DNA of 64,000 bases, taken from an uncultured Collinsella sp. (GTDB lineage: Bacteria > Actinomycetota > Coriobacteriia > Coriobacteriales > Coriobacteriaceae). The notes beneath the pieces were generated by a model. The model was not told where the DNA came from, ran no database searches, and saw only the letters and a list, made by a program, of their open reading frames with translations. Where the stretch lies: the NCBI GenBank assembly GCA_900544995.1, contig UQXC01000001.1, positions 15,752 to 79,751 on the forward strand, written 5' to 3'. Shown here one piece after another: positions 49,136 to 59,729 of the stretch. A program made the position numbers and the translations under genes. Numbering within the stretch: the stretch's first letter is position 1; every line of letters begins with the position of its first letter.

Positions 49136-50746
49136 ATGAACAACGACCTTTTCAAGGCGGGCGTTTCCCGTCGCGGTTTTCTGACCGGCTTCGCTGCCCT
49201 GTGCGCCATGGCGGGCCTCGGCCTCGCCGGCTGCGGCGGTTCGGGCGCCGAGAGCGGTAGCGCCGCTGCCTCCGGCCAGGATGTGGAGTATCGCGACGAG
49301 CTGCAGATTGCGTTACCGGCGAGCCCGGACGGTCTCGATCCGCACACCACGTCGTCGCTTGTGACCATGGACATCATCTGCAACGTCGTCGAGCCGCTTT
49401 TTGGCCTCGATAGCGACTACGAGCCCCAGCCCGTGCTGGCTAAGGGCTATGAGGTCTCCGACGACGGCCTGACCTACACCATCAAGCTGCGCGAGGGCGT
49501 CACCTTCCACAACGGCAAGGAGTTTGGCTCCGAGGACGTCGTGGCCTCGATGAACCACTGGCTCGCCGTCAACGACCGCGCCACGAGCCTGCTGCCCGGC
49601 GCCACCTTCGCCGCCTCGGGCGACCACGAGGTCACCTGCACGCTGACCGAGCCCGCCATCGACTTTCTGATCATCCTGGGCAACCACTCCCAGTATCCGG
49701 GTATCTTCCCCTCCGAGGTCATCGAGGCCGCGGGCGATACCGGCGTGACCGAGTACGTGGGTACCGGTGCCTACAAGTTTGTGGAGTGGAAGCAGGACCA
49801 GTACGTCCATCTTACCCGCTACGAGGACTATGTCGCCGCCCACGGCAAGGCTTCGGGCTACACCGGCAAGGTCTCCGCGCCCACCAAGGACATCTACTAT
49901 CAGTTTGTGACCGAGGCCTCCACGCGCGTGAGCGGGTTTGAGACCGGCGAGTACGATGTCGCTGGCGAGATCCCCACCGAGAACTACCACGACTTCGACG
50001 GCAACGACGACGTTAAGCTCTACACCCATAACGCCGGCGTTCTGACCGCCTTCCTCAACATGAACGAGGGCGTCTTCGCCGACGAGGAGATCCGCAAGTG
50101 CGCACTCATGGCTATCGACTGCGAGGCGGCCGCTCTTGCCGCCTATGGCGAGAAGGAGCTCTTCAACATCGATCCCAACCTTGGCAACCCCGAGAACACT
50201 CAGTGGGCGACCGACGCGGGCAAGAAGTACTTTAACCAGGCCGACGCCAAGGCCGCCAAGAAGGCCCTGGCCGAGACCTCCTATGCCGGTGAGACGGTCA
50301 AGCTGCTGACCACCCCCGACTACAAGGATATGTACAACGCCACCGTCGCGCTGCAGGAGCAGCTCGAGAAGGCCGGCTTCACCGCCGAGGTCGACAGCTA
50401 CGAGTTCGCGACCTTTATGGACATCCGCTCCAGCAAGCCCGAGCAGTGGGACCTCTTCGTGGCCTCCACCAACTACAAGCCCATCCCGGCCCAGTCCCTC
50501 TCGGTCTCCAAGGCCTTCTATGGCCTGTCCGACGAGAAGGCGCTCAAGCTCGTTGCCGAGACCCGCACCGCCAAGGACACCGACGCCGCGGCCAAGAAGT
50601 GGGCCGAGGCTCAGGAGCGTCTCTATGAGATCGCCGTCATCGAGCCGCTTTGCCACTACGCTTCCATCACGGGCACCCAGGCAGACGTCGAGGACGTCGA
50701 GGTGCTCGACGGCGCCATCATCTGGAACGCCAAGCGTCCGGAGTAA
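49136..50746 (+). CDS. ABC transporter substrate-binding protein, family 5 (Opp/Dpp/Nik-type), Tat-lipoprotein.
   Basis: SRRGFLTGFAALCAMAGLGLAGCGG leader. SBP_bac_5 pattern of about 540 aa. Confidence 0.75.
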   Translation: MNNDLFKAGVSRRGFLTGFAALCAMAGLGLAGCGGSGAESGSAAASGQDVEYRDELQIALPASPDGLDPHTTSSLVTMDIICNVVEPLFGLDSDYEPQPVLAKGYEVSDDGLTYTIKLREGVTFHNGKEFGSEDVVASMNHWLAVNDRATSLLPGATFAASGDHEVTCTLTEPAIDFLIILGNHSQYPGIFPSEVIEAAGDTGVTEYVGTGAYKFVEWKQDQYVHLTRYEDYVAAHGKASGYTGKVSAPTKDIYYQFVTEASTRVSGFETGEYDVAGEIPTENYHDFDGNDDVKLYTHNAGVLTAFLNMNEGVFADEEIRKCALMAIDCEAAALAAYGEKELFNIDPNLGNPENTQWATDAGKKYFNQADAKAAKKALAETSYAGETVKLLTTPDYKDMYNATVALQEQLEKAGFTAEVDSYEFATFMDIRSSKPEQWDLFVASTNYKPIPAQSLSVSKAFYGLSDEKALKLVAETRTAKDTDAAAKKWAEAQERLYEIAVIEPLCHYASITGTQADVEDVEVLDGAIIWNAKRPE

Positions 50747-50834
50747 TGCAATAGATGGCGTGGCGGCTGGAGGGGTCTGGTCCCCTGTGGCCGCCACGCC
50801 CTGTCCACGTTCAGAGGGGAAATAGACGCCTCGC

Positions 50835-51788
50835 ATGTTGAAGTACACGCTCAAACGTATAGGCGCGATGGTTCCGGTGATGCTCATCATCTCGGTCGTC
50901 GTGTTTTTGATTATCTATCTCACACCGGGTGACCCGGCCTCTTCGATGCTCGGCATGGAGGCTTCGGCCGACCAGATCGAGCGCGTCAACGATAGCCTGG
51001 GACTCAACGAGCCGCTGCCGCAGCGCTACGTTGATTGGATGGGCGGCGTGCTTACCGGCGACCTGGGCGATTCGTATTTTATGCGCCAGCCCGTCACGCA
51101 GGCGATTGCAGAGCACTTTGGCCCCACGCTATCGCTCGCGCTTCTGGCACAGCTCATCGCGCTGTTGATTGCACTGCCCTGTGGCGTCGTCGCTGCCCTC
51201 AAACATGGGTCGCGCACCGACGCGGTCTTGCGTGTCGTTGCTCTTTTGGGCGTGGCGATACCCGGCTTTTTGATGGCGCTCATGCTTATGTGGCTGTTTG
51301 CCGTCACGTTGCGTGTGTTCCCGGTGGCCGGCTATGCGCCGCTATCGAAGGGTTGGTTCAGCCATTTGCGCTATCTTGCGTTGCCGGCCATATCGCTTGG
51401 ATGCGTGCAGGCGGCCCTGCTCATGCGCATGACCCGTTCGAGCGTTATCGAGGCCATGCAGCTTGACTGCGTCAAGACGGCGCGTGCAAAGGGCGTCTCC
51501 GAGGTTCGCGTGGTGCTGGCCCATGCCCTGCGCAACGCAGCACTGCCGATTCTCACCTCGGTCGGCTATTCTTTTGGCGCCCTGATTACGGGCGCCGTGG
51601 TGACTGAGGCCATTTTTAACATCCCTGGTTTGGGCCAGCTGGTCACGAGCTCTATCGAGCGTCGCGACTATCCGGTGATTCAGGGCGTGCTGCTGGTCAT
51701 CGCCTTGTTGAATTCGGTGATCAATCTGGTCGTCGACCTTGCCTACGGCGCTTTTGACCCGCGCGCTCGCAAATGGGGCGATGCATGA
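50835..51788 (+). CDS. ABC transporter permease (OppB/DppB/NikB-like).
   Basis: BPD-transporter permease with N-terminal TM segments and a C-terminal EAA-like region. Confidence 0.8.
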   Translation: MLKYTLKRIGAMVPVMLIISVVVFLIIYLTPGDPASSMLGMEASADQIERVNDSLGLNEPLPQRYVDWMGGVLTGDLGDSYFMRQPVTQAIAEHFGPTLSLALLAQLIALLIALPCGVVAALKHGSRTDAVLRVVALLGVAIPGFLMALMLMWLFAVTLRVFPVAGYAPLSKGWFSHLRYLALPAISLGCVQAALLMRMTRSSVIEAMQLDCVKTARAKGVSEVRVVLAHALRNAALPILTSVGYSFGALITGAVVTEAIFNIPGLGQLVTSSIERRDYPVIQGVLLVIALLNSVINLVVDLAYGAFDPRARKWGDA

Positions 51789-52615
51789 TGACAAACGTTA
51801 AGAAGGCTCTTGCCAACAAGGGGTTTGTGGTCGGCGGCTGCATTTTCCTGGCGATTGCGCTGATCGCGCTCGTCGGTCCGCTGGTGTGGACGGTTGATCC
51901 CAATGCGCAGGAAATGGCGTTGCGACTTTCGGCGCCTTCGCCTGCGCATCCCTTTGGCTGCGATGACTTTGGCCGCGACCTGCTTGCCCGCGTCATCGCG
52001 GGCGCGCGCGTGTCGCTTGGCGTTGGCATTGCCGTCACGCTCGCGACGAGTGCGCTCGGCCTGGTGATCGGCGCCTATGCGTGCTACAACGAGAGGCTCG
52101 ATCATATTCTCATGCGCATCTGCGACGGCCTTATGTCCATTCCGGGCGTGCTTTTGGCTATCGCACTCATGGCCATGATGGGCGCCTCGGTCTGGAACGT
52201 CATCATCGCGCTCTCCATCGTCTATACGCCCAGCATGGCGCGCATCGTGCGCTCGCGTGCGATGGTGGTCAAGGAGGAGCCCTTTGTGGAGGCCCTGCGC
52301 GTGCAGGGCGCCTCGACCGCACGCATCGTGTGGCTGCATATCGTGCCCAACGTTATGGCGCCCTTCCTGGTGCAGGCGACCTTCGTCTTTGCCGAGGCCG
52401 TGCTCTCGGAGGCCGCCCTCTCGTTTCTGGGCCTGGGTATCAAGGCGCCCGACGCCAGCTGGGGAAACATCCTGCAGGCGGGTAAGAACGTGATGCGCAA
52501 AGCCTGGTGGATGATCTTCTTCCCGGCTATCGCCATCATCGCGAGCGTGCTTTCGCTGAACCTCGCCGGCGACGGCCTGCGCGACGCCCTCGACCCCAAG
52601 ACTAAGGAGGACTAG
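51785..52615 (+). CDS. ABC transporter permease (OppC/DppC/NikC-like).
   Basis: Second permease. Its start overlaps the previous stop (ATGA-type coupling); the alternative upstream ATG is at 51773. Confidence 0.8.
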   Translation: MMTNVKKALANKGFVVGGCIFLAIALIALVGPLVWTVDPNAQEMALRLSAPSPAHPFGCDDFGRDLLARVIAGARVSLGVGIAVTLATSALGLVIGAYACYNERLDHILMRICDGLMSIPGVLLAIALMAMMGASVWNVIIALSIVYTPSMARIVRSRAMVVKEEPFVEALRVQGASTARIVWLHIVPNVMAPFLVQATFVFAEAVLSEAALSFLGLGIKAPDASWGNILQAGKNVMRKAWWMIFFPAIAIIASVLSLNLAGDGLRDALDPKTKED

Positions 52616-52618
52616 CCC

Positions 52619-53603
<985 letters not shown>

Positions 53604-53614
<11 letters not shown>

Positions 53615-54389
53615 TAGCGAAGCCCTGCTTAGGGTCTCACATCTGACTAAAACGTATCCCATGCCGGGCTCAGGTTTTAAGCGTCAGGCCTTTACCGCCG
53701 TGGACGATCTGTCGTTTGAGATCGCACCGGGCGAGGTCTATGGCCTGGTTGGCGAATCCGGATCGGGCAAGTCGACGACTGGACGCCTGATCTGTGGTCT
53801 CGAGCGTGCGGATTCCGGCTCGATTGTCTATCGCGGGCACGACCTCGCCACGATGTCGGAGCGCGAACGCAAGCCGTTTCGCCGCGAGATCCAGCTGGTA
53901 TTCCAGGATAGCTCTACGGCTTTTGACCCACGTAACCGTGTCGGCCGCATTTTGGAGGAGCCGCTGATTATCGCCGGCGTGCGCGATGCGGATGAGCGCC
54001 ATGAGCGCGCGCTCTCGGCCTTGGCCTCGGTCGGTCTTCTGGCAGAGCATTATGACCGCTATCCGCACGACCTTTCGGGGGGACAGCGTCAGCGACTCAA
54101 TCTGGCACGGGCGCTTATTTGCGAGCCGCGCCTTGTGGTATGCGACGAGCCGGTCTCGGCGCTTGACGTGTCCGTTCAGGCCCAAGTGCTCAACTTGCTT
54201 CGCGACCTGCAGCGCACGACGGGCGTGGCGCTGCTGTTTATCACGCATGATATGCGTGTGGTTCGGCATATGTCCGACCGGATTGGCGTGCTCTACCACG
54301 GTCGTCTTGTCGAGGAAGGCGCGGCCGAGGACGTGATCGCGCACCCGAGCGATCCGTATACGCAGGAGCTTATCGACGCCATTCCCTAG
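53604..54389 (+). CDS. ABC transporter ATP-binding protein (OppF/DppF-like).
   Basis: Walker A (GESGSGKS) and signature (LSGGQRQR). The start is at MAVDSEA with a GAGAAAGGGGAG SD, overlapping the previous gene. Confidence 0.85.
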
Positions 54390-54465
54390 AGGATGCTTCC
54401 TTTTGGGTATGGCGTGGGTTTGTTGTTGAATTGTCGGTATATCGGTGCAAGAGAGGGGAACTACT

Positions 54466-55629
54466 ATGGCCGATATCGAGGAACAGCCGTTGCCGCGCAC
54501 GTTTGAGGAGTTCAACGAGCAGCGCAAGGCGGCGTTTATTCGCGTCAAGGATTACAAGCAGGCCGGTAATCGCCTGATCGGTTTTCTGTGCAGCTACACG
54601 CCGCTCGAGATTATCGATGCCGCGGGGGCTGCGAGCGTGGCACTGTGCGGCACGTCCGACGAGGTGATTCCCGAGGCCGAGAAGGTGCTGCCGGCAAACC
54701 TCTGCCCGCTCATCAAGTCGACGTACGGCTTTGCCTACTCGCAAAAGTGCCCGTTTACGTACTTTAGCGACATGATCATCGGTGAGACCACCTGCGACGG
54801 CAAGAAGAAGATGTACGAGTTGCTCAACGAGCTCAAGCGCACGCACATTCTGCATCTTCCGCAGGGTCGCGATCGCGCCTACGAGCGTGAGGGCTGGTAC
54901 GAGGAGTGCCGCCTGCTCAAGGAGGAGCTCGAGGGTTTCTACGGCATCACGATTACCGACGATGACCTGCGCGCTGCCGTCCGTCGTCGCAACCGCTTGC
55001 GTGCGGCCCAGCTCGACATGTTTGCGCTGCAGGCCAACCAGCCGGCGGCCATGAGCGGCGTCGACCTGATGAGCACCATGTTTGCCGGTACGTTTAGCTT
55101 TGATATCGAGGCCTATACGCAGCAGCTGGAGCAAAAGGTTGCCAAGCTGCGTGAGGCCTACGAAGCGGGCGAGCGCCCGGTTGCGGCGGACGCCAAGCGC
55201 ATTCTGATCACCGGTTGCCCGGTGGGCGGCGTGATCAACAAAATCGGTCGCACCATCGAGTCCAACGGCGGCGTGGTTGTGTGCATGGACGACTGCTCGG
55301 GCGAGCGCACGGCGGCCATGATGATCGATCCGGAGGCCCCCGACATCCTGCGCGCTATCGCCGACCGCTACCTGGATATCAACTGCTCGGTCATGACGCC
55401 CAACGACGGCCGTATGGAAAACACGCTGGCCATGTGCGAGAAGTATCACGTCGATGGCGTAGTGGAGAGCGTGCTACAGGCCTGCCACACCTTTAACGTG
55501 GAGAGTGCACGCATGCAGGAGGCTGTCGAGGGTGCGGGTATTCCGTACATGAAGATCGAGACCGACTACAGCAACGGTGACATGGGCCAGATCGAGACCC
55601 GCATCGCCGCCTTCATCGAAACCCTGTAG
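54466..55629 (+). CDS. 2-hydroxyacyl-CoA dehydratase (HgdB/BcrB-like) family protein, double-cubane-cluster-protein-like; paralog 2.
   Basis: Same Cys-motif pattern as paralog 1 (LCSYTPLE…, [35 protein letters not shown]). The start is at MADIEEQ with an AGAGAGGGGA SD. Confidence 0.7.
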   Translation: MADIEEQPLPRTFEEFNEQRKAAFIRVKDYKQAGNRLIGFLCSYTPLEIIDAAGAASVALCGTSDEVIPEAEKVLPANLCPLIKSTYGFAYSQKCPFTYFSDMIIGETTCDGKKKMYELLNELKRTHILHLPQGRDRAYEREGWYEECRLLKEELEGFYGITITDDDLRAAVRRRNRLRAAQLDMFALQANQPAAMSGVDLMSTMFAGTFSFDIEAYTQQLEQKVAKLREAYEAGERPVAADAKRILITGCPVGGVINKIGRTIESNGGVVVCMDDCSGERTAAMMIDPEAPDILRAIADRYLDINCSVMTPNDGRMENTLAMCEKYHVDGVVESVLQACHTFNVESARMQEAVEGAGIPYMKIETDYSNGDMGQIETRIAAFIETL

Positions 55630-55638
55630 GTGACGGTA

Positions 55639-55667
55639 TGCAACAAAGGGACTGTCCCTTTGTTGCA
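55639..55667 (+). repeat. Conserved hairpin tgcaacaaaggga-ctg-tccctttgttgca, second copy of the caaagggactgtccctttg element.
   Basis: Near-identical to the xpt terminator hairpin at 38623-38651. It lies 10 nt after the stop of paralog 2 and has no T-run. Confidence 0.7.
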
Positions 55668-55733
55668 TGTGAGGGAGGATGCCAAGGCGCCTGAACGCGC
55701 CGCTACCTTTGATGTTTAGATTGGGAGAGAGCC

Positions 55734-56498
55734 ATGATAGGGATCGGGATCGATATCGGGTCTACGGCGGTTAAGGCCGCTGTGGTCGATGAGGAGGGTT
55801 CGGTGGCGTGGACGTGCGTGCAGCCAACCGGGTTCTCCTCGGTCGATGCGGCCGAGCGTCTGCGCGAGGCACTGGCAGCGGCTGGCTATGACGTGGCTGC
55901 CGACGACGTGCGCGCGATCGCGACCGGCTACGGTCGTGTCGCCGTGCCCTATGCGCACAAGGTCGTGACCGAGATCACCTGCCACGGCACCGGTGCCGTG
56001 CGCCTGTTTGGTGACCATGGCACCGTGATCGATGTGGGCGGTCAGGATACCAAGGTCATCCAACTCAAGGGCGGCCGCGTGGCCAAGTTTGCCATGAACG
56101 ACAAGTGCGCCGCCGGCACGGGGCGCTTTTTGGAGATCATGGCCGACCGTCTAGGCATTTCCCAGCAGCAGATGGCCGACCTGGCGCGTTCCGGCGAGCC
56201 CACCAAGATCAGCAGCATGTGTACGGTGTTTGCCGAAAGCGAGGTTATCAGCCTGATCGGTCGCGGTGAGCCGCGCGAGAACATAGCCCGTGGCGTGATC
56301 GACAGCGTGGTCTCGCGCGTGGCGACCATGGCCGGGCAGGCTGCGGGCGCCCCGTACTACCTGACCGGTGGCCTGTGCGAGAACGCCTACGTTGTGGAGC
56401 GGTTGGGCGAGCTACTGGGGTCGCCAGTGACCACCTCGCCCCAGGCTCGCTTTGCCGGAGCGATCGGCGCGGCTGTCCGCGCCGCCGCCTTGGCCTAG
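55734..56498 (+). CDS. Acyl-CoA dehydratase/reductase activase ATPase (BadF/BadG/BcrA/BcrD/HgdC family).
   Basis: ASKHA-fold activase pattern (MIGIGIDIGSTAVKAAVVDEEG…, conserved Cys pair region CAAGTGRFLE). It is 254 aa. Confidence 0.8.
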   Translation: MIGIGIDIGSTAVKAAVVDEEGSVAWTCVQPTGFSSVDAAERLREALAAAGYDVAADDVRAIATGYGRVAVPYAHKVVTEITCHGTGAVRLFGDHGTVIDVGGQDTKVIQLKGGRVAKFAMNDKCAAGTGRFLEIMADRLGISQQQMADLARSGEPTKISSMCTVFAESEVISLIGRGEPRENIARGVIDSVVSRVATMAGQAAGAPYYLTGGLCENAYVVERLGELLGSPVTTSPQARFAGAIGAAVRAAALA

Positions 56499-56512
56499 GG
56501 GTGTACCGCGAC

Positions 56513-57730
56513 ATGCGCATCCTCAATATCTCGGCACAAAAACCAGATAGCACGGGCAGCGGCACCTACCTTGCCGCGCTCGTGCGTGAGCAGATCGAGA
56601 CGGGGCATCGCGCCGCCGTGCTTTGCGGCGCGGCACCGGGTGATACCCAGGGCGAGCTGGACCGGCGTGCTGCCGTGTTTGCCGTACCGTTCGAGTCGCC
56701 CGAGCTGCCGTTTCCCATCTGCGGTATGTCCGATATCATGCCCTATCCCTCCACACGCTATCGTGACCTGACGCCTTCGATGCTCAAGGCATTTGAGCGG
56801 GCATTTGCTGCTGCAATCGATCGGGCGGTGGCTGAGTTTCGGCCCGATCTGGTGCTCTGCCATCACCTGTATCTGGTGACCGCATTGGCGCGCGAGTGCG
56901 TCCGGGGCGTGCCGGTTGTTGCCGTGTGCCATTCGACCGACCTGCGCCAGCTGCGTTCGCATGCGCTCGAGCGCGATCGCATCGTACGTGCGGTTCGTCG
57001 GCTCGATGCCGTCTTTGCGCTCCATGCTGAGCAGGCTGAGCAGATTGGCCTGGTGTGCGGCGTCAATGCCGATCGCATCCACGTGATTGGGACGGGCTAC
57101 GACCATCGCGTTTTCTGCCGCGACGCAAGCGTGGCGAGGCAGCCGGGATCGCTTGTGTACGTGGGCAAGATTTGCTTTAAAAAGGGCGTCGAGTCGCTGG
57201 TTCGAGCCGTGTCATTGCCGATTGACGATGGCGTCCGCCCATCTGGCTTGGTGCTTGTGGGCGGCCGCGGGGACGATGCCGAGTACGCGCGTGTCGAGCG
57301 TTTGGCCGCGGCCTCGGATGTGCCGGTGACGCTGGCGGGGCGCCTGGATAGCGATGGGCTCGTGCGCGCCTACCGCAGTTCCGACGTCTTTGTGCTGCCT
57401 TCGTTTTACGAGGGTCTGCCGCTCGTGACGATCGAGGCCCTCGCGTGCGGCTGCAAAGTTGTGGCGACCGATTTGCCCGGCGTTCGTCCTTGGATGGAGG
57501 CGATGCTTCCCGGCGCTCCCGTGACGTGGGTGGCGTCGCCGCGTATGACGGATGTCGACACGCCTGTGGCGGCCGAGCTTCCGTTGTTTGAGCGCGCACT
57601 GGCAGATGCTATCGCGCTGGCGCTTGCGGCTCCGCCTTCGACGTTCGAGCCGTCGGCGGTCTCTTGGGAAGCGTGCCTGGGGCGTATACTTAAAGTCGTT
57701 GATTTGTTGGAAGGGGGTTCGTATGGCTGA
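56513..57730 (+). CDS. GT-B glycosyltransferase (GT4-like); candidate selenosugar synthase (senB-like) by its translational coupling to selD.
   Basis: GT4-type pattern (…FVLPSFYEGLPLVTIEALACG…). The stop (TGA at 57728-57730) overlaps the selD ATG at 57723 (ATGGCTGA). The senB analogy is inference. Confidence 0.65.
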   Translation: MRILNISAQKPDSTGSGTYLAALVREQIETGHRAAVLCGAAPGDTQGELDRRAAVFAVPFESPELPFPICGMSDIMPYPSTRYRDLTPSMLKAFERAFAAAIDRAVAEFRPDLVLCHHLYLVTALARECVRGVPVVAVCHSTDLRQLRSHALERDRIVRAVRRLDAVFALHAEQAEQIGLVCGVNADRIHVIGTGYDHRVFCRDASVARQPGSLVYVGKICFKKGVESLVRAVSLPIDDGVRPSGLVLVGGRGDDAEYARVERLAAASDVPVTLAGRLDSDGLVRAYRSSDVFVLPSFYEGLPLVTIEALACGCKVVATDLPGVRPWMEAMLPGAPVTWVASPRMTDVDTPVAAELPLFERALADAIALALAAPPSTFEPSAVSWEACLGRILKVVDLLEGGSYG

Positions 57731-58772
57731 CGATCAGATTAAGCTCACGTCTATGACTGCCGCGAGCGGTTGAGCCGCTAAGTTGGCTCCCGGAGCCCTC
57801 GCCCAGGTCCTGGGCGATTTACCCAATGTGCATAACGACAACCTGCTCGTAGGGTTCGATACCTCCGACGATGCGAGCGTCTTCCGCGTAGGGGAGAACC
57901 TGGGGCTCGTGCAGTCCATCGACTTCTTCCCACCGATGGTCGACGACCCGTTCCTCTTTGGCCAGATCGCCGCGGCCAACTCGCTGTCGGATATCTACGC
58001 CATGGGCGGGCGGCCGAGCCATGCCATGAACTTGCTGTGCATCCCGAGCTGCCTGGGCATCGAGGTCGCCGGCCAGATTCTGGCGGGCGGCGCCGACAAG
58101 TGCGTCGAGGCGGGTTGCTCCATCGCGGGCGGCCATACCATCAACGACGACGAGCCCAAGTACGGCCTGTCCGTGAGTGGTTTTGTCGCGCTCGACCGCA
58201 TGCTCGCCAACAGCGGCGCACGCGTGGGCGATGTTCTGCTGCTGACCAAGGCGATCGGCTCGGGCATTATCACCACGGCCATTAAGGGCGAGCTCATCGA
58301 GCAGGACGAGGCCGCAGCCATGTTTGACTCGATGCGCACCCTCAACGAGGCTCCGATTCGTCTGGCCGAGGGACTTGAGCTTCACGGCTGCACCGACATT
58401 ACGGGCTTTGGTCTGATCGGGCATGCGTGCGAGATGGCCGAGGGCTCGGGCGTGCAAATCGAGCTCGCGTCGGGGGCGGTGCCGCTCTTTGACCAGGTGC
58501 TCGACATGGCGCGTCTGGGCATTATCCCCGCGGGCTCCTACCGCAACCAGGACTTCTTTGGCCCGCGTGTAGCTGCCGACGATGACCTGGAGCCGGGCAT
58601 GCTGGATGCGCTGTACGATCCGCAGACTTCGGGCGGTTTGCTTATTGCGGCGCCCGCGGCGGATGCGGATGAGCTTGCGCGTCGTTTACATGCCGAGGGG
58701 CGCGTTGCCGCTACGATCGGCCGCGTGTGCGAGCCGGTGCCGGGCGGTCCTGCCGTTCGCGTTGCGCATTAA
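57723..58772 (+). CDS. selD: Selenide, water dikinase SelD, selenocysteine-containing (in-frame UGA at 57771-57773).
   Basis: N-terminus MADDQIKLTSMTAASG-U-AAKLAPGALAQVLGD aligns with the E. coli [25 protein letters not shown], with Sec at the catalytic Cys position. The frame is continuous with the SelD ORF called from TTG 57783. Confidence 0.8.
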
Positions 58773-58831
58773 GGAAAACCGTTTATGCGACCGCCTACTG
58801 TTCTGGGCGGTCCCTTTTGAAAGGAAAAACT

Positions 58832-59458
58832 ATGTCTACCAAAATTGAAGTCAATGCCATGGGCGATGCCTGCCCGCTGCCCGTCGTCAAGACGCTCAAA
58901 GCCCTGAAGCAGCTCGATGGCGAGGGCACAGTCGTGACCTCGGTCGACAACGAGACCGCCGTCAAGAACATCTCCAAGATGGCGCAGGAGAAGGGCTGCA
59001 CGGCCTCAGTCGAGAAGGTTTCTGACGCTGAGTGGCACGTGACCGTCGCGACCGTCGGTGCCGTGGCCGTTGCGGACCCCGAGCAGGACGGCGCTGCTTT
59101 CTGCGACGCCAGCGCCGGCAAGGGCAAACTTGTCATTTCCGTCTATACCGATTGCATGGGCCGTGGCGACGACGAGCTGGGCCACAAGCTCATGAAGGCG
59201 TTTGTCTTTGCCGTGACGCAGCAGGAGGAGCTGCCCGCGACTATGCTTTTCTACAACGGCGGTGCCAAGCTCACCGTCGAGGGCTCGCCGGTGCTCGATG
59301 ACCTGAAGGGCTTGGCGGAGCAGGGTGTCGAGATTCTCACCTGCGGTACCTGCCTCGACCACTATGGCATTAAAGACCAGCTTGCGGTGGGCGAGGTCAC
59401 CAACATGTACGTGATCGTGGAGAAGATGGAGCAGGCCGCGCGCGTCGTGCGCCCGTAG
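58832..59458 (+). CDS. yedF: YedF-type selenium-metabolism protein (TusA-like CPxP domain plus DsrE-like domain).
   Basis: N-terminal NAMGDACPLPVVKTLKAL (TusA CPxP motif) and a C-terminal DsrE/F-like fold (…LTCGTCLDHYG…). SD GAAAGGAAAAAC. Confidence 0.7.
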   Translation: MSTKIEVNAMGDACPLPVVKTLKALKQLDGEGTVVTSVDNETAVKNISKMAQEKGCTASVEKVSDAEWHVTVATVGAVAVADPEQDGAAFCDASAGKGKLVISVYTDCMGRGDDELGHKLMKAFVFAVTQQEELPATMLFYNGGAKLTVEGSPVLDDLKGLAEQGVEILTCGTCLDHYGIKDQLAVGEVTNMYVIVEKMEQAARVVRP

Positions 59459-59477
59459 CGTATTGGTTGGAGTTGCC

Positions 59478-59729
59478 ATGAGGGAGAAGCGCCCGGCGCT
59501 TGTCATCACGTTTCCCACCACGGCGGCCGCCATGGGTTGCGAGTCCCTGTGCATCGAGCGCGGTCTTCCCGGGCGGACGATTCCCGTGCCCGGGGAGGTC
59601 GCTGCCGGCTGCGGTTTGGCGTGGAAGGCGTTGCCTGCCGATGAGGAGCTGCTGCGCGGCGAACTCGCCGCGGCGGGCGTTCCCACCGAGGGCTTTACGG
59701 TGATCGACATGTGGGAGGTCGTGCGATGA
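59478..59729 (+). CDS. DUF3343-domain small protein (commonly paired with YedF/SelD).
   Basis: An ~83-aa protein (MREKRPALVITFPTTAAAMGCESLCIERGLPGRTIPVP…). Its stop overlaps the next gene's start (ATGA). Confidence 0.55.
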   Translation: MREKRPALVITFPTTAAAMGCESLCIERGLPGRTIPVPGEVAAGCGLAWKALPADEELLRGELAAAGVPTEGFTVIDMWEVVR

